A stretch of DNA of 64,000 bases from Heptranchias perlo. Lineage: Eukaryota. This document shows, piece by piece, positions 14,101 to 27,600 of this stretch. Both the position numbers and the translations under genes were made by a program. The stretch is from assembly GCF_035084215.1 (NCBI RefSeq), contig NC_090331.1, forward strand, positions 55,366,001 through 55,430,000, read 5' to 3'. Within the stretch, counting starts at the first letter, position 1. The number at the start of each line of letters is the position of its first letter. The notes under the pieces are model-generated. The model saw nothing but the letters and a program-made list of their open reading frames with translations, did no database searches and was not told the origin of the DNA.

Positions 14101-16142
14101 TGTGTTGTGCGTGTGTGTCATGAACAGTCCACTCATAGCTCTTATCACAATTCATCATTTGTCAAATTTGAAGAAAGGAAAGCACAAAAGGATGATGGCA
14201 GTATTGGGGTAGCCCAATTGCACAGGCATTAAAGCACTTGCTTCGTCACGTTTCAGAGCTGTCTGTCAATCAAATGTGTCTCTTGTGGTTAGTTCTTGTT
14301 GAGAAAGCCAGCTGTATTGCCAATAAAAATGAGCCATTCCAATCTAGCCAAGACTTCCAGTCCAGCTCATCCTGCTTGAATTGTGCCTCCTTCTGGCTGG
14401 TCACACAATAGCAGTGATGAAGAATTTCACAACTTAATTACTTTTTAGTTAGGAAAGAATGTAAGTGAAGAAAAGCATGTAAGGAATCTATTGCAGCACC
14501 TATAAAGAGAACAAGATCTATAATGTTACAATGCATAATTTGAGATGCAATTGGAATTTCATGTACAAAGTCAACTCACAACAGGACTTTCAAGCCAAGT
14601 ATATCTAAGTTCCATAAATGCACAAAATGAAGGTAGATAGAAAAGTTTTCTTGTTTGGTTTTTAAAAGGGCTGCATGGTCTTGCAAAAGCATCTTGCAAT
14701 AAAAAAAAATCTGCTGGATTCAACATGGAATCATCACTGAGGCTGCTATTTGTTTTGCTAATAATTAGATTTTTGAATAGGTTCCTATATCCGATCTAGG
14801 TTACACCTTTGAAACTTTCAGAAAGCGATTATGAAAATTACAACTGAATCAGTGACATGATGGATAGCCTGATTTAGCTCAGTAGAGATTTCATTTATAC
14901 TACAGGAAAATATATCCCTTCTATGTATTTGTACTAATTCACTACTGTATCCTGTAGGATATCCTATAGAGCAGCCCTAAAGGAACTGGGAAAACTTCAG
15001 TGCTATACAATTTTTATGAAGCTTTAAGGAATTTGTTTTCCCTGTTATAGGATAATTTCAAAACCCTACAAGCTTTTTGGAGAAAGGTTCATAGAAATCT
15101 TGTTTTAACAGGTGTCAACTGCACAGTAAAAAGCTCACATGCTCTCTTTTTTTATAAGAGTAGCAGCAATTACTGCCCTGCACTCCTGGGACCTGACTCT
15201 CCACAATTTTTGTGTAAATTCCTAGCTGTACATGTATACACATACAGCAAGCCAAAAATATGTGCTGTACTCCAAGGAATGTGGATATGCTGCACTTAAG
15301 AATTTACATAATTAGTCAGTTCCCTGCAGTATAAACCTGTAATGTGGGTCTATAACCCTGACTGTTAAATATATTTTTATCATCTCTTTTTCCAGCCATT
15401 TACTATGTTTCAAAAGTGAAACCTAAAGAATGTGTTTGATTTCTCCAATACTTTTTGTATAAATTAATATAAGACTGGATTCACAGGGCTGGGTTGTACA
15501 CTTCTCTATAATGCATGCTGCTCTTAGCACTTAATCCAGTCACATCCTGTGAGCCCTGTTCTAGAATTAGAACAAGATCAATCCAAATGGTAATTAGTAC
15601 TGTACTATAATTTATTATCCGCTGAGTAATCACATTACCTTAATTCAAATGGTAGAAATCAATTTTTATTACAAGATTTATTAACTGCATGTTGCAGAAT
15701 TTCTTCACGTTTTCTATTTATTTCTGAAGCTTCTTCTCCATACAATATTTCCACAATATTAATATTCATTTTATTTTAGGCCCATTTCAAAATTGAATAA
15801 GTGTGTGGCAATAAGCAAATTTCATGTGAATCAGTGCAACATCAGAACCTGTAAATATGTAATTTTATATAAAGCTATAGAACATGAACACTGTGATATG
15901 GATAAAATAACACTGTAAAAAAGAAGTTTCACCAAACTTTAGATGACACTATTAACTATTTGTGGGGCTTTGGGAGGAATTCAAAATGGATATGCTTTGC
16001 TCGGGGTCATCCTGAATTTGGAATAGCACATCGGCCAGTGTCACAGGACTATGCCCCTTAAGATAGCCTTCAACTGACCATGAATGGTGTGGTATGGAGA
16101 ATTACTGGAGTCTTAAAATAAGTCCATTACATTAACTTTAAT

Positions 16143-16760
16143 AAATAAAAACAGAAAATACTGGCAATACTCAGCAAGTCAGGCAGCATTGGTGGAGAAA
16201 GAAACCAATTTAACGTTTCAGGTTGATGACCTTTCATCAGAACTGGAAGAAATTGAAGATTTAACAATTTTTAAGCAAGAACAGAGCCTGGGAAAGGGTG
16301 GGTGGGGGGGAGGAAAGAACAAAAGGGAAGGTCTCTGATAGGGTGAAGGGTAGGAGTGGTTAAATGACAATAGGGATGATGGTGCAAGGCAAGGAGGGTG
16401 GTAATGGGACAAGTAAAGAAACAAAAGATGGGTCTAGAGGAGCTGTAAATGGCAACAGCAGAAGCATTACCAGCTGTCTGAAAAAAATAGGAGCAGTAGT
16501 TATGATCTGAAGTTATTGAAATCAATGTGTCCAATGGTTGGGAAGTGCCTAATCGAAAGATGGGGTGCTGTTCCTCAAGCTTCCGTTGAGCTTCATTGGA
16601 ACAGTGTAAGAGGCCGAGGACAGAGAGCTCAGAGTGGGAGTGGGACGGAGAATTAAAATGGCAAGGTCAGTGTCATGCTTGCAGACTGAACAGAGGTGTT
16701 CAGCAAAGCGATCACCCGATCTGCGATTGGTCTCCCTGATGTAGAGTTGATCTGTTGCAA
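16143..16760 (-). mobile_element. Penelope-like element 3' fragment (GIY-YIG remnant plus terminal repeat region)
   Basis: Minus-strand LYIRETNRRSGDRFAEHLCSV resembles the Penelope GIY-YIG motif YIGETxRxLxxRxxEH. The tail is shared with 59283-59548 and carries a hammerhead-like core. Confidence 0.8.
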
Positions 16761-16899
16761 TAATTGTATTGTGAAGTAGTTTGCAACGTATTGATGTCCC
16801 CATAAATGATGTCCCTATGCTGAGCTGAGCTGAGCTTCAAATCCCACCACCAGCTCATCACCAGGACTTTCACCTCTGAAACATTCCCCATCTCCTCCC

Positions 16900-17470
16900 C
16901 TACCTCATCTCCACTACCACAGAAACTCTCATCCATTCCTTTGTCACCATCTGATTCAGCTTTTCAAAGACCCTCCTCAGCGACCTCCTGAGCTCCACCA
17001 TCTATAAACTCCAACTCATCCAAAATGTTGTTACCCATATCCTGTACCACACAAAATTGTGCCCACCTTTCATCTTGATCCTTGCCAGTGTACCAACTTC
17101 AAAATCTTCAGTCGAGTCTTCAAATCCTTTCAAAGCATTACTCCTCCCTAACTTTGCAACCTCCTCAAGCCCTACATCCCGACTCAAAGTCTCTACTCTT
17201 CTAACTCTGGACTACTGTACATTCCCTCCTCCCTCTGCTTTCCCATCGCTGGCAGAACCTTCACCATCTCACCCCCATACTCGAACACTTTCCCTAAACA
17301 TCTTTGTCTTGTTACATCTCTCCCCGCCTTCAAAATCCTCCTTAAAGCTTACTGCTTCGACAGTGGCTTTGGTCACCTCCCCTAATCCCCTCCTTATCCT
17401 GCACAAGTCTGACCCATGACTGTGAAGTAACTTAGGACGTTTTGTTACATAAAAGGTGCCATATAACTGC
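16900..17470 (+). mobile_element. L2 LINE 3' fragment
   Basis: CTCCAACTCATCCAAAAT..., CCTTCAAAATCCTCCTTAAAGCTTAC..., tail GGACGTTTTGTTACATAAAAGGTGCCATATAACTGCAA. Confidence 0.65.
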
Positions 17471-17940
17471 AACCCACATAAGATCATATAGCCTCTGACA
17501 TATGAAACTAAGTACCCTCTGCTGCCTGCACTGAGTCTGTGTTGAAAAGATGAAAGGACAGCACCTGTGAATGCCAACCACTTCTTACTTGTGTTTACTT
17601 TGTGGAGAAGACCTTCATATAAAAGTCTGCTTCCTGCTGTTTGAAAGATCTATTCCCCATATGGACATTTCACTGCTCTTGATTTCAATGTCTTCTTCAA
17701 AGCATCTTTGTAAAGCATTGTTATCACCTTCCCTTCCAAGATCCTGATGGGTTTCTATAATATTGACCATGCAAGAATCATCTATAGGAATACAAGGACC
17801 AAAGTTTTAATTAATTGACATTGGACTATAGCTAAACTAGAAGACTATATTGCAATGGGGCTTGTCTGAACACTGCCTCTTATAAAATATCCTGCAACAA
17901 ATCACAGCCTATAAATAGTTCCACTTTGCTTGTCACTATA

Positions 17941-18145
17941 GGACTGATTTTACAATTGCAAGCTCCTGGAGTGTAGCCTCACTCACTGTGAAAACATATC
18001 GGGAAATCATGAATGAACTCCCCATAGTTTTCCGTCTATTAAAATTCATGGATGAAAGTTTGTATAGAGTTCATCCACAATTTCCTGATAGGCACTCCCA
18101 GTGGGTGAGGCTTGCACCAGGAATCCACATTTGGAAAATGAAGCT
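17941..18145. mobile_element. palindromic MITE
   Basis: Long imperfect inverted arms: TCCTGGAGTGTAGCCTCACTCACTG..ATCGGGAAATCATGAATGAACTC versus GAGTTCATCCACAATTTCCTGAT..CAGTGGGTGAGGCTTGCACCAGGA. Confidence 0.65.
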
Positions 18146-18379
18146 TTATAAGTCAGCCAGCTGGGACAGTCTTTGAAGATTCTTTGCTGTTTTACCCTGG
18201 CCCAACTGCTGGTTCTACCTGTGCCATGATTGAACCATGAAGTTCAAGAAATGAAAGTTTAGTTGGCATGCAAGGATTCATACCTTAGTCTTCCATCAGA
18301 TCAAATACTGTATCTTAGTTCAAACCTGTCTATTGTTCCATAGTCTCTTGTAAAAATTCTGCCTATCACACTTGGCATC

Positions 18380-20560
18380 TTGATTAGTCTAAAGTACCTG
18401 AGTCAACTCTCGCTGCTCATAATTTTAGTAAATCCATTATAAGAGGTGCTATGCAACTTTATTGAAAATCAACTACTATCTTTCTATCTCTCCAACAGCT
18501 CGCTCTTCTGGTTCCGAATGCAGCTGTACCTCATAACTTATATCAATCCTTCTTTCTATCCCTTTGATGTCCTGATCATACTGTTGCTAACCCTTCTAAA
18601 GCGAAATCTGACCATTTGGGCTCCCTTTTCTCCAACTCTAACCTTGATGATGTTGGTAAAGAATCTCTCTCCATTGTTACATTCTGTTTTTAGGAAAATA
18701 TCAAATTTTATCCCTGCCAGTCCTGTGTTCTCTACTCTCTGACTTCTGGTCCTAATGGCATCCCTCCCTTCACCCTCACAATGTGTGCCTTTGAACTTAC
18801 CCCTGTCCTATGCCATATTGTCAATCTCTCTTACTTCCAGTCAACCTTTCTTTCTTCTTCGAAATTTGTTTATGTTTACCCTATTCTTAAAAACATAATC
18901 TCTCTTACTTTTCAAATTAACTGCCTGTTGCCCTTCCATTAATACTTTCTAAAGATATGAAAGCTGCTGTTAACTTTCAAATTATCCATCATTATGAAAG
19001 TTTTGCTGTAATCTATGATTGCCAATATGGTCTTCTAATTATTGCCAATGTTATATACCTGCGTAATGTTTCTCTTGAACACTTTGATGCATCATCTCTC
19101 ATTACCTTGTATATGTTCAAAGTTTTTACAGGATTGGGTACATTAATTTCTAAACAGGCTATCATTATATAATATCCCATCAAAACTATTTTAGTGGCTG
19201 CCGTTTTTTCTCTGAAATTGGTGTTGTAATTGTGTCTTGTTCTCTGATTCTTTTTCCACCAACTTGGGTTCCCCAGGGGTCTGTCCTCTTTTCACTCTGT
19301 TCCTTCTTCATATCAGTGACCTCCTTAGTTTACCACCCATCCCTATCTATTCCTTTGCTGGTGATTCCATTACCTTCAGATTGCATTTTCTCAATACACA
19401 CAACCTCCAATCATTTTGCATGGCATAATAAAAATCTTGTTTCTTAATTCTTCAAAGAGACAAGGCCTAAAATTCTGTTTGGGATTGTATCAGTCTACCA
19501 TAGTAACCCCAACTGGAGACCGCGGAACCCTCAGGAAAACTATATAATCAAGTGAAAATCGCTGTTCCTGCCAATCTCTCACTCGAGTTACAGCAGGAGA
19601 CTGGTAGAACCCCCATGGAATTTTAGGGCCACTGTTTCTTCATGTCTCTTACAAGTACAACCAACAACTACCACCTCTTATTTCTGGCTGTACTCTTAGC
19701 CTTTCTTCATTTAGTGACATTTTTGGCCTCATTACCTTATTTGACCTCAAATGGAATTCCCATATCTCTTTTATTGACAAAGGTCTTTGAAGAAGTTCAG
19801 TTTCCTCTTTCACATTAAGCATTTCCCTTCTCAGCAAGAATTTTTAACTCGTTATAAAGCCAAAATCTGTCGAACACTAGAATATTACTCCATATCTTTG
19901 CAGGTGGGGAAGGCACATCTCTCCCACTTCTGTAATTGAACAAGAAAAAGTGTGTCCTTTGACAGATGATTGTTGTCTCATTTCTAGTTTGGAATTCCCT
20001 CCTTAAAATTCTCTGTCTCTCCAGCTCTCTCGCCTCCTTTAAGACCCTCCTTAAAACGTACCTCTTTAACCAAGCTTTTAATCATCTGTCCTCGTATCTT
20101 CTTTGGCTTGGTGTCAATTTTTGTCTTATTACACTGTGAAGCACTGTGGGGCATTTTTCTACATTAAAGTCACTGTATAAGTGCAAATTGTTATTGTTCA
20201 ACTTTATTTTTCTATCCTTTCTTATCAGTCTATTTTATCAATGTCACTATGGTCAGCTGTAATCCTACTTTTATTCATTTGATCCTTCTAAGCTTCCAAC
20301 AAGCCACCCCAACTGCTTTTCCTCCTCCCTGCATCCTCATCATGCTGAAATCACGGTTCACCGCACAGTCTCCTGCTCCAACTCATTCTTTCCCAGGACC
20401 TCAATGCTGTTGAGCCCCTTTCCCCCCTCAGCCTTTCCTTCCTCACGCAATCATCAGGCTTTTAAAACCCAAGCTTGGCATCATTTAATTACTACTTTCT
20501 GATATAAACATCTTCTCTTTACTCTTTTCAACCTTGGTGGTGCCTGAAGTATGCCCTTTG
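18380..20560 (+). mobile_element. highly decayed CR1-superfamily (Zenon-like) LINE RT region, interrupted by later insertions
   Basis: Colinear remnants GPNGIP (~18750), VPQGSVL (~19270), YSFAGDS (~19350, FADD box), YKAKICRTLEYYS (~19855), RTVSCSNSFFPRTS (~20365); many stops and frameshifts. Confidence 0.7.
20005..20197 (+). mobile_element. L2/L2-tail SINE 3' fragment nested in the older LINE
   Basis: CTCCTTTAAGACCCTCCTTAAAACGTACCTCTTTAACCAAGCTTTT...CATTTTTCTACATTAAAGTCACTGTATAAGTGCAA. Confidence 0.65.
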
Positions 20561-21364
20561 TCCTGCACTTTGGCCTCTCCATTAAAAAATTATACTTTGC
20601 AAGGGATTTAAATATGAAGAAGAACTATTGAACTTAGGAAAAGGCAAATGATTATGGTCCAATGACATTCGCAACACTCAAAATGACTTGCATATACTTT
20701 TCTGGAATTTTATACAATGTGTAATGTTATAGCTAAGATTGTAATAGCTAAAGTTACAGAACATGGGTTTAATACGACAATATTAATACTCACCAATATC
20801 TATGGCATCAGAGAAGGTATCAAGCCTGTATTCCACAGCGCATGTGATTTACTTTTCCCCTTTCAGCTCATCATTATCTTGCACTGCTGCTTTTCTTTCA
20901 CTAATCATTTATCTTTACTGATACACCACATGTTATTGAATCACTTTAAATTCTTTAGCTATAGGTGTGATGTTTGTCCGCCTTTTGTGGCAATAATTTA
21001 CCTGCCGCATTGATGGCCCCATTATGATAGAATTTATTTTCTGTGCCTAGAAATACGTGTTGTCACTTTGTAAACTTTTGCTCCCCTTCTTTTCTCTCAT
21101 GAAAGTGCTGCATCACACTAGGGACTGGTTCCATGGGTGTTGGCAGCCCTTCAGCACCCAAACCTCTTGAACCTGTGATGAAAAGGTAGAATTTAGGTCA
21201 TCACTTGGGTTGGAAATGTGGTTCTTGGTCGAATAGTTGATTTTACCATCTTGGGGGTTTAGCGTGCTAGTACTGCTTTTCTTTCTTTTTGCTATTTAAT
21301 ATCAGATCATCTCAATTAAAATAGGACAGTTGCGAGCAATGCCAGTATCTCACTTACGTGCCTA

Positions 21365-21670
21365 TACTTCATATGCGACAGTGACTGCAGGCAGGCTATT
21401 GAGCTGTGGAAGGTTGAGCCTGATATTGACTTCACCCGATATCAGCTCCACACAGACAAAATTTTCAGCAGAGGCCAGTTGATTGCGATGAGAAGTAGGA
21501 ATCCTGGCTAATTGTGTTTTTCTCTTTCCCAGCTTAGGGCACTGAGACGAATTGTGATGCCCCTCACCACCATCCTGGCTGCAATCACCAGGACCAGAAA
21601 TTAAACCAGGAACTTTCCTGGTTGGTATGATTCTATACAACAGCACAGGGACATTTATCCACTCAGCCAT
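21365..21670 (-). mobile_element. AmnSINE2-like SINE
   Basis: Reverse complement aligns by eye with the copies at 41500-41890 and 56255-56532; tRNA-like head GGCTGAGTGG...GTTCCTGGTTTAATT. Confidence 0.6.
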
Positions 21671-22606
21671 TAAATATGGGAGAAGTAAACTTTTCTTATA
21701 AGTACTTTTAGAATCATTGTCAACATTGGGTTTTCATCATCATCCATTGTCCTCTATTAACAGCTTTTTTGGAATGGAAAAGTAATTTTGGTATGGATGA
21801 AGTGACTTATGTATGGCACCTACTGCTGAATATTTGGAAAATTACAACTGAATTCTGACTGGATATCTAATTTTTCCATCAATTTAAAGGTTTGCTGGGT
21901 GGAGTTTTTTCCTCCAAAAGTATCTTTCAAATCCAACCAAAGTATCTTTCTTGGTCAATTTGCCCAAATGTGTTTGCAAATTTCTGCTATCCCACTTTTC
22001 ACAGTTCAACATTAATAAACCTATTTAAATTAGTGGGCAACTAAAGACTGTGCTAAAGCCAAACATTGGGTCCATGCCATCAACTTTTCAGTTAAACCCC
22101 CATTTCCTGCATTGCCTTGCAAGGTTCTTTTGCCTGTGCCATTTTATTTACTCCTCCCATAATACACTCTCCTGAGACTCTGCAATCCTTCTATATACCA
22201 TTCTTACCATTTCTGGTATTATCCTTGTTCATTGTGGTGCTGTATTCCTTTTTATCTATATGCTGTTCTTGTAATTTCTCTCCATTGTGGAGTCTCTCAC
22301 CTCCATTACTGATAATCTTGAGAAAGAGACTGAATTCTCATTGCTGCTTCATAGATCTACCAACAGGATATGCTCAGTCCCCAGCTAATTGTCATTTTCT
22401 TCCATGGGGTGACTGAGATTGAATGAAAATTTCAATACCAAAAAATGTATGGAGCAAGTCTGAGGAAGATTACTGTCAAATCACTCTCAAGCATATCGAA
22501 ACCTTTAGTTCAAAAATCCTTCTCTACAACTACATTGCAACCTGAATCTCTGAGTATAAAATAGTGATTATAAGTGAAACATTTTATCATTAGTCAAATC
22601 TAACCT

Positions 22607-23226
22607 TTGCAATATCGCCTGCCTCCACCCCTACCTCAGCCCATCCTCCTCTGAAATCCTCATCCAAGCCTCTGTCACCTCCAGACTCGACTATTCCAAT
22701 GCTCTCCTGGCTGGCCTCTCATCCTCCATCTCCATAAAATTCAGCTCATCCAAAGCTCTGCTGCCCATATTCTATCCTGCACGAAGTCCTGTCACCCATT
22801 ACCTCTGACCCTGCTAGTCTACATTGGCTCCCTGACCCCCAGTGTCTCAAATTTAAAATTCTCATCCTCATATTTAAATCACACTGCAACCTCACCCCTC
22901 CCTATCTCTGTAACCTCCTCCAGCACTACACCCCCTCCTTGAAATCTCTGTTACTCTGACTGGCCTCCAGCAGATCCCCCTCCCTTTGTCCCACCATTGG
23001 CACCTGCCTTCAGCCACCTAGGCCCCCACTCTGGAATTCCCTCACTAAACCCCTCTGCATCCCTCTCCTTAAAACCCACCTTCAAAACTGTCTCCTTAAC
23101 CAAACATTTGGTCACCTCTCCTAATATCTCCTGCTTTGGCTCAGCATTCATTTCTTACCTTATGCTTGAAATCCCTTGGGACATTTTTCTATGTTAAAGG
23201 TGCTATATAAATGCAATCTGTTATTG
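22607..23226 (+). mobile_element. L2 LINE 3' end
   Basis: CTCCAGACTCGACTATTCCAATGCTCTCCTGGCTGGCCTC (SRLDYSNALLAGL), CTACATTGGCTCCCT (LHWLP), tail GGGACATTTTTCTATGTTAAAGGTGCTATATAAATGCAA. Confidence 0.85.
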
Positions 23227-24249
23227 ACTCATCCAAGATTGTTAACCTTTAGGAACCCAAACTGGTCAGCTCCACCCAAATCTCTGAGCTATAAATTAGA
23301 TTTTACACAAACTGCTTCTTTCCATTAATTTTGATCTTGTTTGTCAGTCCAAACTGTTTTTCATGTTTAACTGTCAATGGTCTTGTTTACAGATGAGAAG
23401 TACCAACTTGCCTTGTCGCAGTATTTCTAATTGCCTAAGGAACAAAGGATGATAAAGGTGAAGGTTACAGGAAGGAGAGAATTGTGAGGTAGAGCAGAAA
23501 TTTCGTACGAAATAGAGAAGTACCCAGCACAGTGTCAAGTGTTATAAGAAACAGGAGGAGGGAGCTGCACTGAGCAATGGATGGAATCCTAAAATTATTA
23601 GCATTGCACAGATTGTCTATTCGCCACCCAAAATACTGTAACTTTTTTTAAAATTTTAGGAACATCTCTTATAGGCTAATGCTTCTTCATAATTCAATAA
23701 TATAATACTGGCCCCATCCCATCTCTCGCACTGCCTGCCACAGCAGCTCATGCTTGAATTCTGTGAGTATCTGATCAGTTTGGCCATTAGAGGGAGCTGC
23801 TGTGTGGAGACCAGGCATTTCCCGGCACTGAGGAAGGGATGTAGTGGGAGAGCCACTCCCAGCGGTGGCTTAAAAACTGGCACAAGCAGAGGACAGGAAG
23901 CAAAAGTTGTTAGCCAGGGGGTGATGTGTGGCACTGGGAGACCTAGAAGATGAGGGGGGAAGATTTTGTTTAAAGGTTACCCGAAAATGCTTTTCTTTCA
24001 ACCTTAACATGAAATTGACGACTGTTCCTTAAAATTAAAATGTAAATCCTTATCTGAAGTAACAAATAGGAGGAAGGGAATTGTATAGCATGGGGAATCA
24101 TTAATAACGCTGGAATTGGCAGTATAAAACTGCGAAATACCAATTTCAAAATGTAAATGTGATTCCATTTTCCACGAATCCATTTTATTCCCACAAAGAT
24201 CTTTCAGTAATTGCTACTCCTATGCCAGGGGCTATTTACATATGTAACA

Positions 24250-27200
24250 GAAGCAATTAATCTAGGGCATCACGTTGCAGGATGCAAATAAAAGAAATGA
24301 GAAGAATGCTAATTCGGGACGAGCATGAAACGATGATTCTGGACGTCTTCCTACCGAAACAGTTGTATTAAAATATGCAGCATGCTAGCGGATCCTGTAC
24401 AATAGCAGGCAAACGGCAAGCACCCAGGGGACTCGTTTCTCATCATAAAACAGGCTGCTGTAAACACGCAGAACACAGCCTCCCGTGCTCCAAAGGTGCA
24501 AAGAAAACTAAAGTTTACCTCGGCAGAAATGATGGTCCAGTAGAAATTCTCCGGTCACATTGTAGTTCTCTTGCCACCTCCCCCGAGGTCAAATGATAAG
24601 TAACACTTTCATCTTACCCGCATTAGAATGGAAAGCAAAGCGAGTGTTTAAAAGTTATCAATGGGAATAAAGAGGAAAGTTCCCCCACCCAATCCCAGAA
24701 GTTGAATCAGACCCAGTCAGTGCCTTGTGAATTCTTCAGCACAATTCAGGGACCTGTTCTTTTACTCGGCTATTCCCACACAATAAGGACAGAATGCACA
24801 CAGTGATCGGGCACCGAACTGGCTTTCAGGAGAGCAGATCAGTATTTTTGGCTCCTTCCATATCGCCAGCTGTCAGGTGTCAAAAGACGTTTATCTAGAG
24901 CTCCAGAATCGGGTGAATTTCAAGAATCACCCGTCTTTAGTGAGTGTAAATCAGTATGCTCGTGAGCCAGAGGCTACTCCTCATGAATTAGATTTCTTGT
25001 TAATTTTACATATTTCAAAACATTAAAATATATTAAACGAGAGAATTCGTATACAAGCTATCATTCTGAAATAACCAGAGTAACACGTAAGCATATTGGG
25101 GTATCCAACAGATAATACATTCTGCAAATGCCTTCACATTTATGGTTGTAAACGTGACTCCTAATCCAGGATGATTCATTGATCGTGGGGTTGTCACCTA
25201 AAGACACGTGATATAAATCTGATCTGTGTATATTCAGGGCAGCAGCGTTTAGGGTTGAACAAAAATGTGACTTTGGCTTGACTCGGTGTTTGATAAACCC
25301 TCAATTTAGATGCAACTGAGTTTGAGACTTTGTCTTCAGAAGGTGAACTGCTGAGTCAAGAAAATCCACACACAATTTAAAAGGATGCAGTTCAAAAATG
25401 CCCCATGAAAATTCGCAATTGGCATGATCATGAATATTACAAAGCTGCTGCAGGACTGAATTGATCACGAGATCTGCACCATAGTGACTGGCGGTGCCTT
25501 ACAGCTTCTGTAGTTTCGACAGTAAGGTACTGAGCTGTAGGGTTAAGATCAATGCATGACACAGACCACTGTCACACAACGCAGACTTCTAGTGTAATAT
25601 TTAAACAACGTCAGAGAACCTGAACTGTTGTCACCTAGCGGGAAATTTAGGTCCGATGGGTTTAAAACCGAAGGGAGCTGCTTTATTCTAGACTGACTGC
25701 ATCCCTGGAGACGGGAGCGGGGTATTTTTCTACCCGAGTTGCAGCAATTGTGCAGATATTAAACTTAAGCATTAAAATCAATTGGAGTGTAAATATTCCT
25801 GGTAACTGCGTAGGATTGTGGATGTTTGGAGCAGTTTGTTTGTAACAGTATCTAATGGGAGCCGGTGGCATGGTGTATGTGCTGGGGTGAGCTGTGTGCT
25901 TGCTGAGTCAGTCCTCTCTGCTCCATCCATCATGTGGATAAGAGCAGCGGCAGCAGGCAGGTGCAGTCCCACTCCAGAGGAGAACAGCAGCATCCCACAG
26001 GAATTTCCACTCTGCAAGAAAGGAACAGCTGGCCTCTGGCCCAGTAGCCTTTAGCATCCTCTTCTGGATCAAGCGTTAAAACACGCCATCTCCATACCAA
26101 ATGCATTACAAAATCATCCATGTTATTATTACCATTCTTACGTTCGCCACTGATTTTTAAATATGAATATTATTACAAATACATATATGATGTGGTGTGA
26201 TTCTAACAATTGTAGTTATAGCACTGTAAGGACTGTGGAAACCTGTACCTAACTCGTCAGTAATCTTTAGTTTATGGCTCTGTAATCTTATTATGCAATA
26301 TAGTCGACATGAAAAACTTACAGCAAATCGATTTTGCATTCGTTAAGAAAGAAAAATGCACGTATTGTGTAATGTGTAAACATGTTTCAAAATGGAGACG
26401 GTCGCGATATATGCAAACCTTCGAGAGATGGAGAGTTAATTGGTTTCAGAAAGACAAGCACATGAATATCTACCGTCCCTTATACTTTGGTTAAATCAGT
26501 GTGCTGTGGTCCGAGAGAAGCTGTAGAACATAATGTACAACCAGAGAAATAGCTGTCTAAACAATATGAAAGAAAATGAAAAACTGAGGAATTTTCCATG
26601 TATTTTGGGCATGATGTAAATTACAGCCTTTGAAGGGTTAATATGGATGTCTGACTGCACGTTTGTACAGGACGGCGGTGTTACAACGATTCCGACAGTA
26701 AAGACCTAAACTCGAAACGTATTTAAGATGATGAATCAGATATAGGGACTGAGCAGACAGTACACATGGTACGACGGACAGACAGACCAGTCCCTAATAG
26801 CTTTAAACTTTACAGCTTCGTGAATATATTTAACGTCGGGGCTGAAATTTACATTAGGGTCAAAAGCAAAATGATACAATTTCTAGCATCGCCTCCAACT
26901 TGCTTAGAAATGTTTTTAAGTCACATGAAGTGTCTTCTGTTACTAGTCCAGATCAATGTTTTGCAAAGGGAAAGGTAAAGATTTGCGTGTGCAGAGCTTC
27001 CCTATTACAATCCCTTGAATGCAGCCTAATTTGCTTCACCTTCTGACCTATTTTTCAAAAAGTTTTGGTGAAATCTGGCGGGTGTTAAAGTCACATTCAA
27101 AAGGGCTGTCAGCTGATTTTATATTTTCACGACAAATCTTATTTGATATGTAGAAACACAATCGATCACAATCAAGAAGGAAGAAAACTTTATTTCCTAT

Positions 27201-27600
27201 TCTCTGCAGAGTGTAGGCTGGGAGCGTGAATCCATTAGAATTATTTGTAATAAATGCCCGTCTAGCGTGCCGATTCTATTTTTACTCTGCTGTGATTTAA
27301 TGGTGATATCCTCAGTGTCGTACTAGAGGAAACAGATGCTGGGATTCTCGCCTCCTGTATTCCTGAGAGTGGGAATATTTGTCACACCCTCCTACAATTC
27401 ACCCATGCAAAAAGGCCTGCATTGCAAAAACAAAGTTAATTTTCGATTTAAGGTTCCTTTAGTTGCTTCGTTTTTGCGTTATTTTGCCACAGGGTTTCCC
27501 GTCTGCTAGCTTCGGCCTTCATTTTGAGTCGAAGATTACATTAATTAGGAACCCAGTATTATAATACCCAGTGTATAACCGAATTGCTACCAATCTATGT
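24250..27600. promoter_or_regulatory. CpG-retaining, TE-free island; probable promoter/enhancer region
   Basis: Up to 5 CpG per 60-nt line (24301-24360, 26641-26700) versus about 0-1 in flanking unique DNA; no recognisable repeats. Confidence 0.55.

Noticed and set aside
25683-26121. Overlapping short ORFs in the regulatory island
   Set aside because: No recognisable homology or splice-consistent coding exon.
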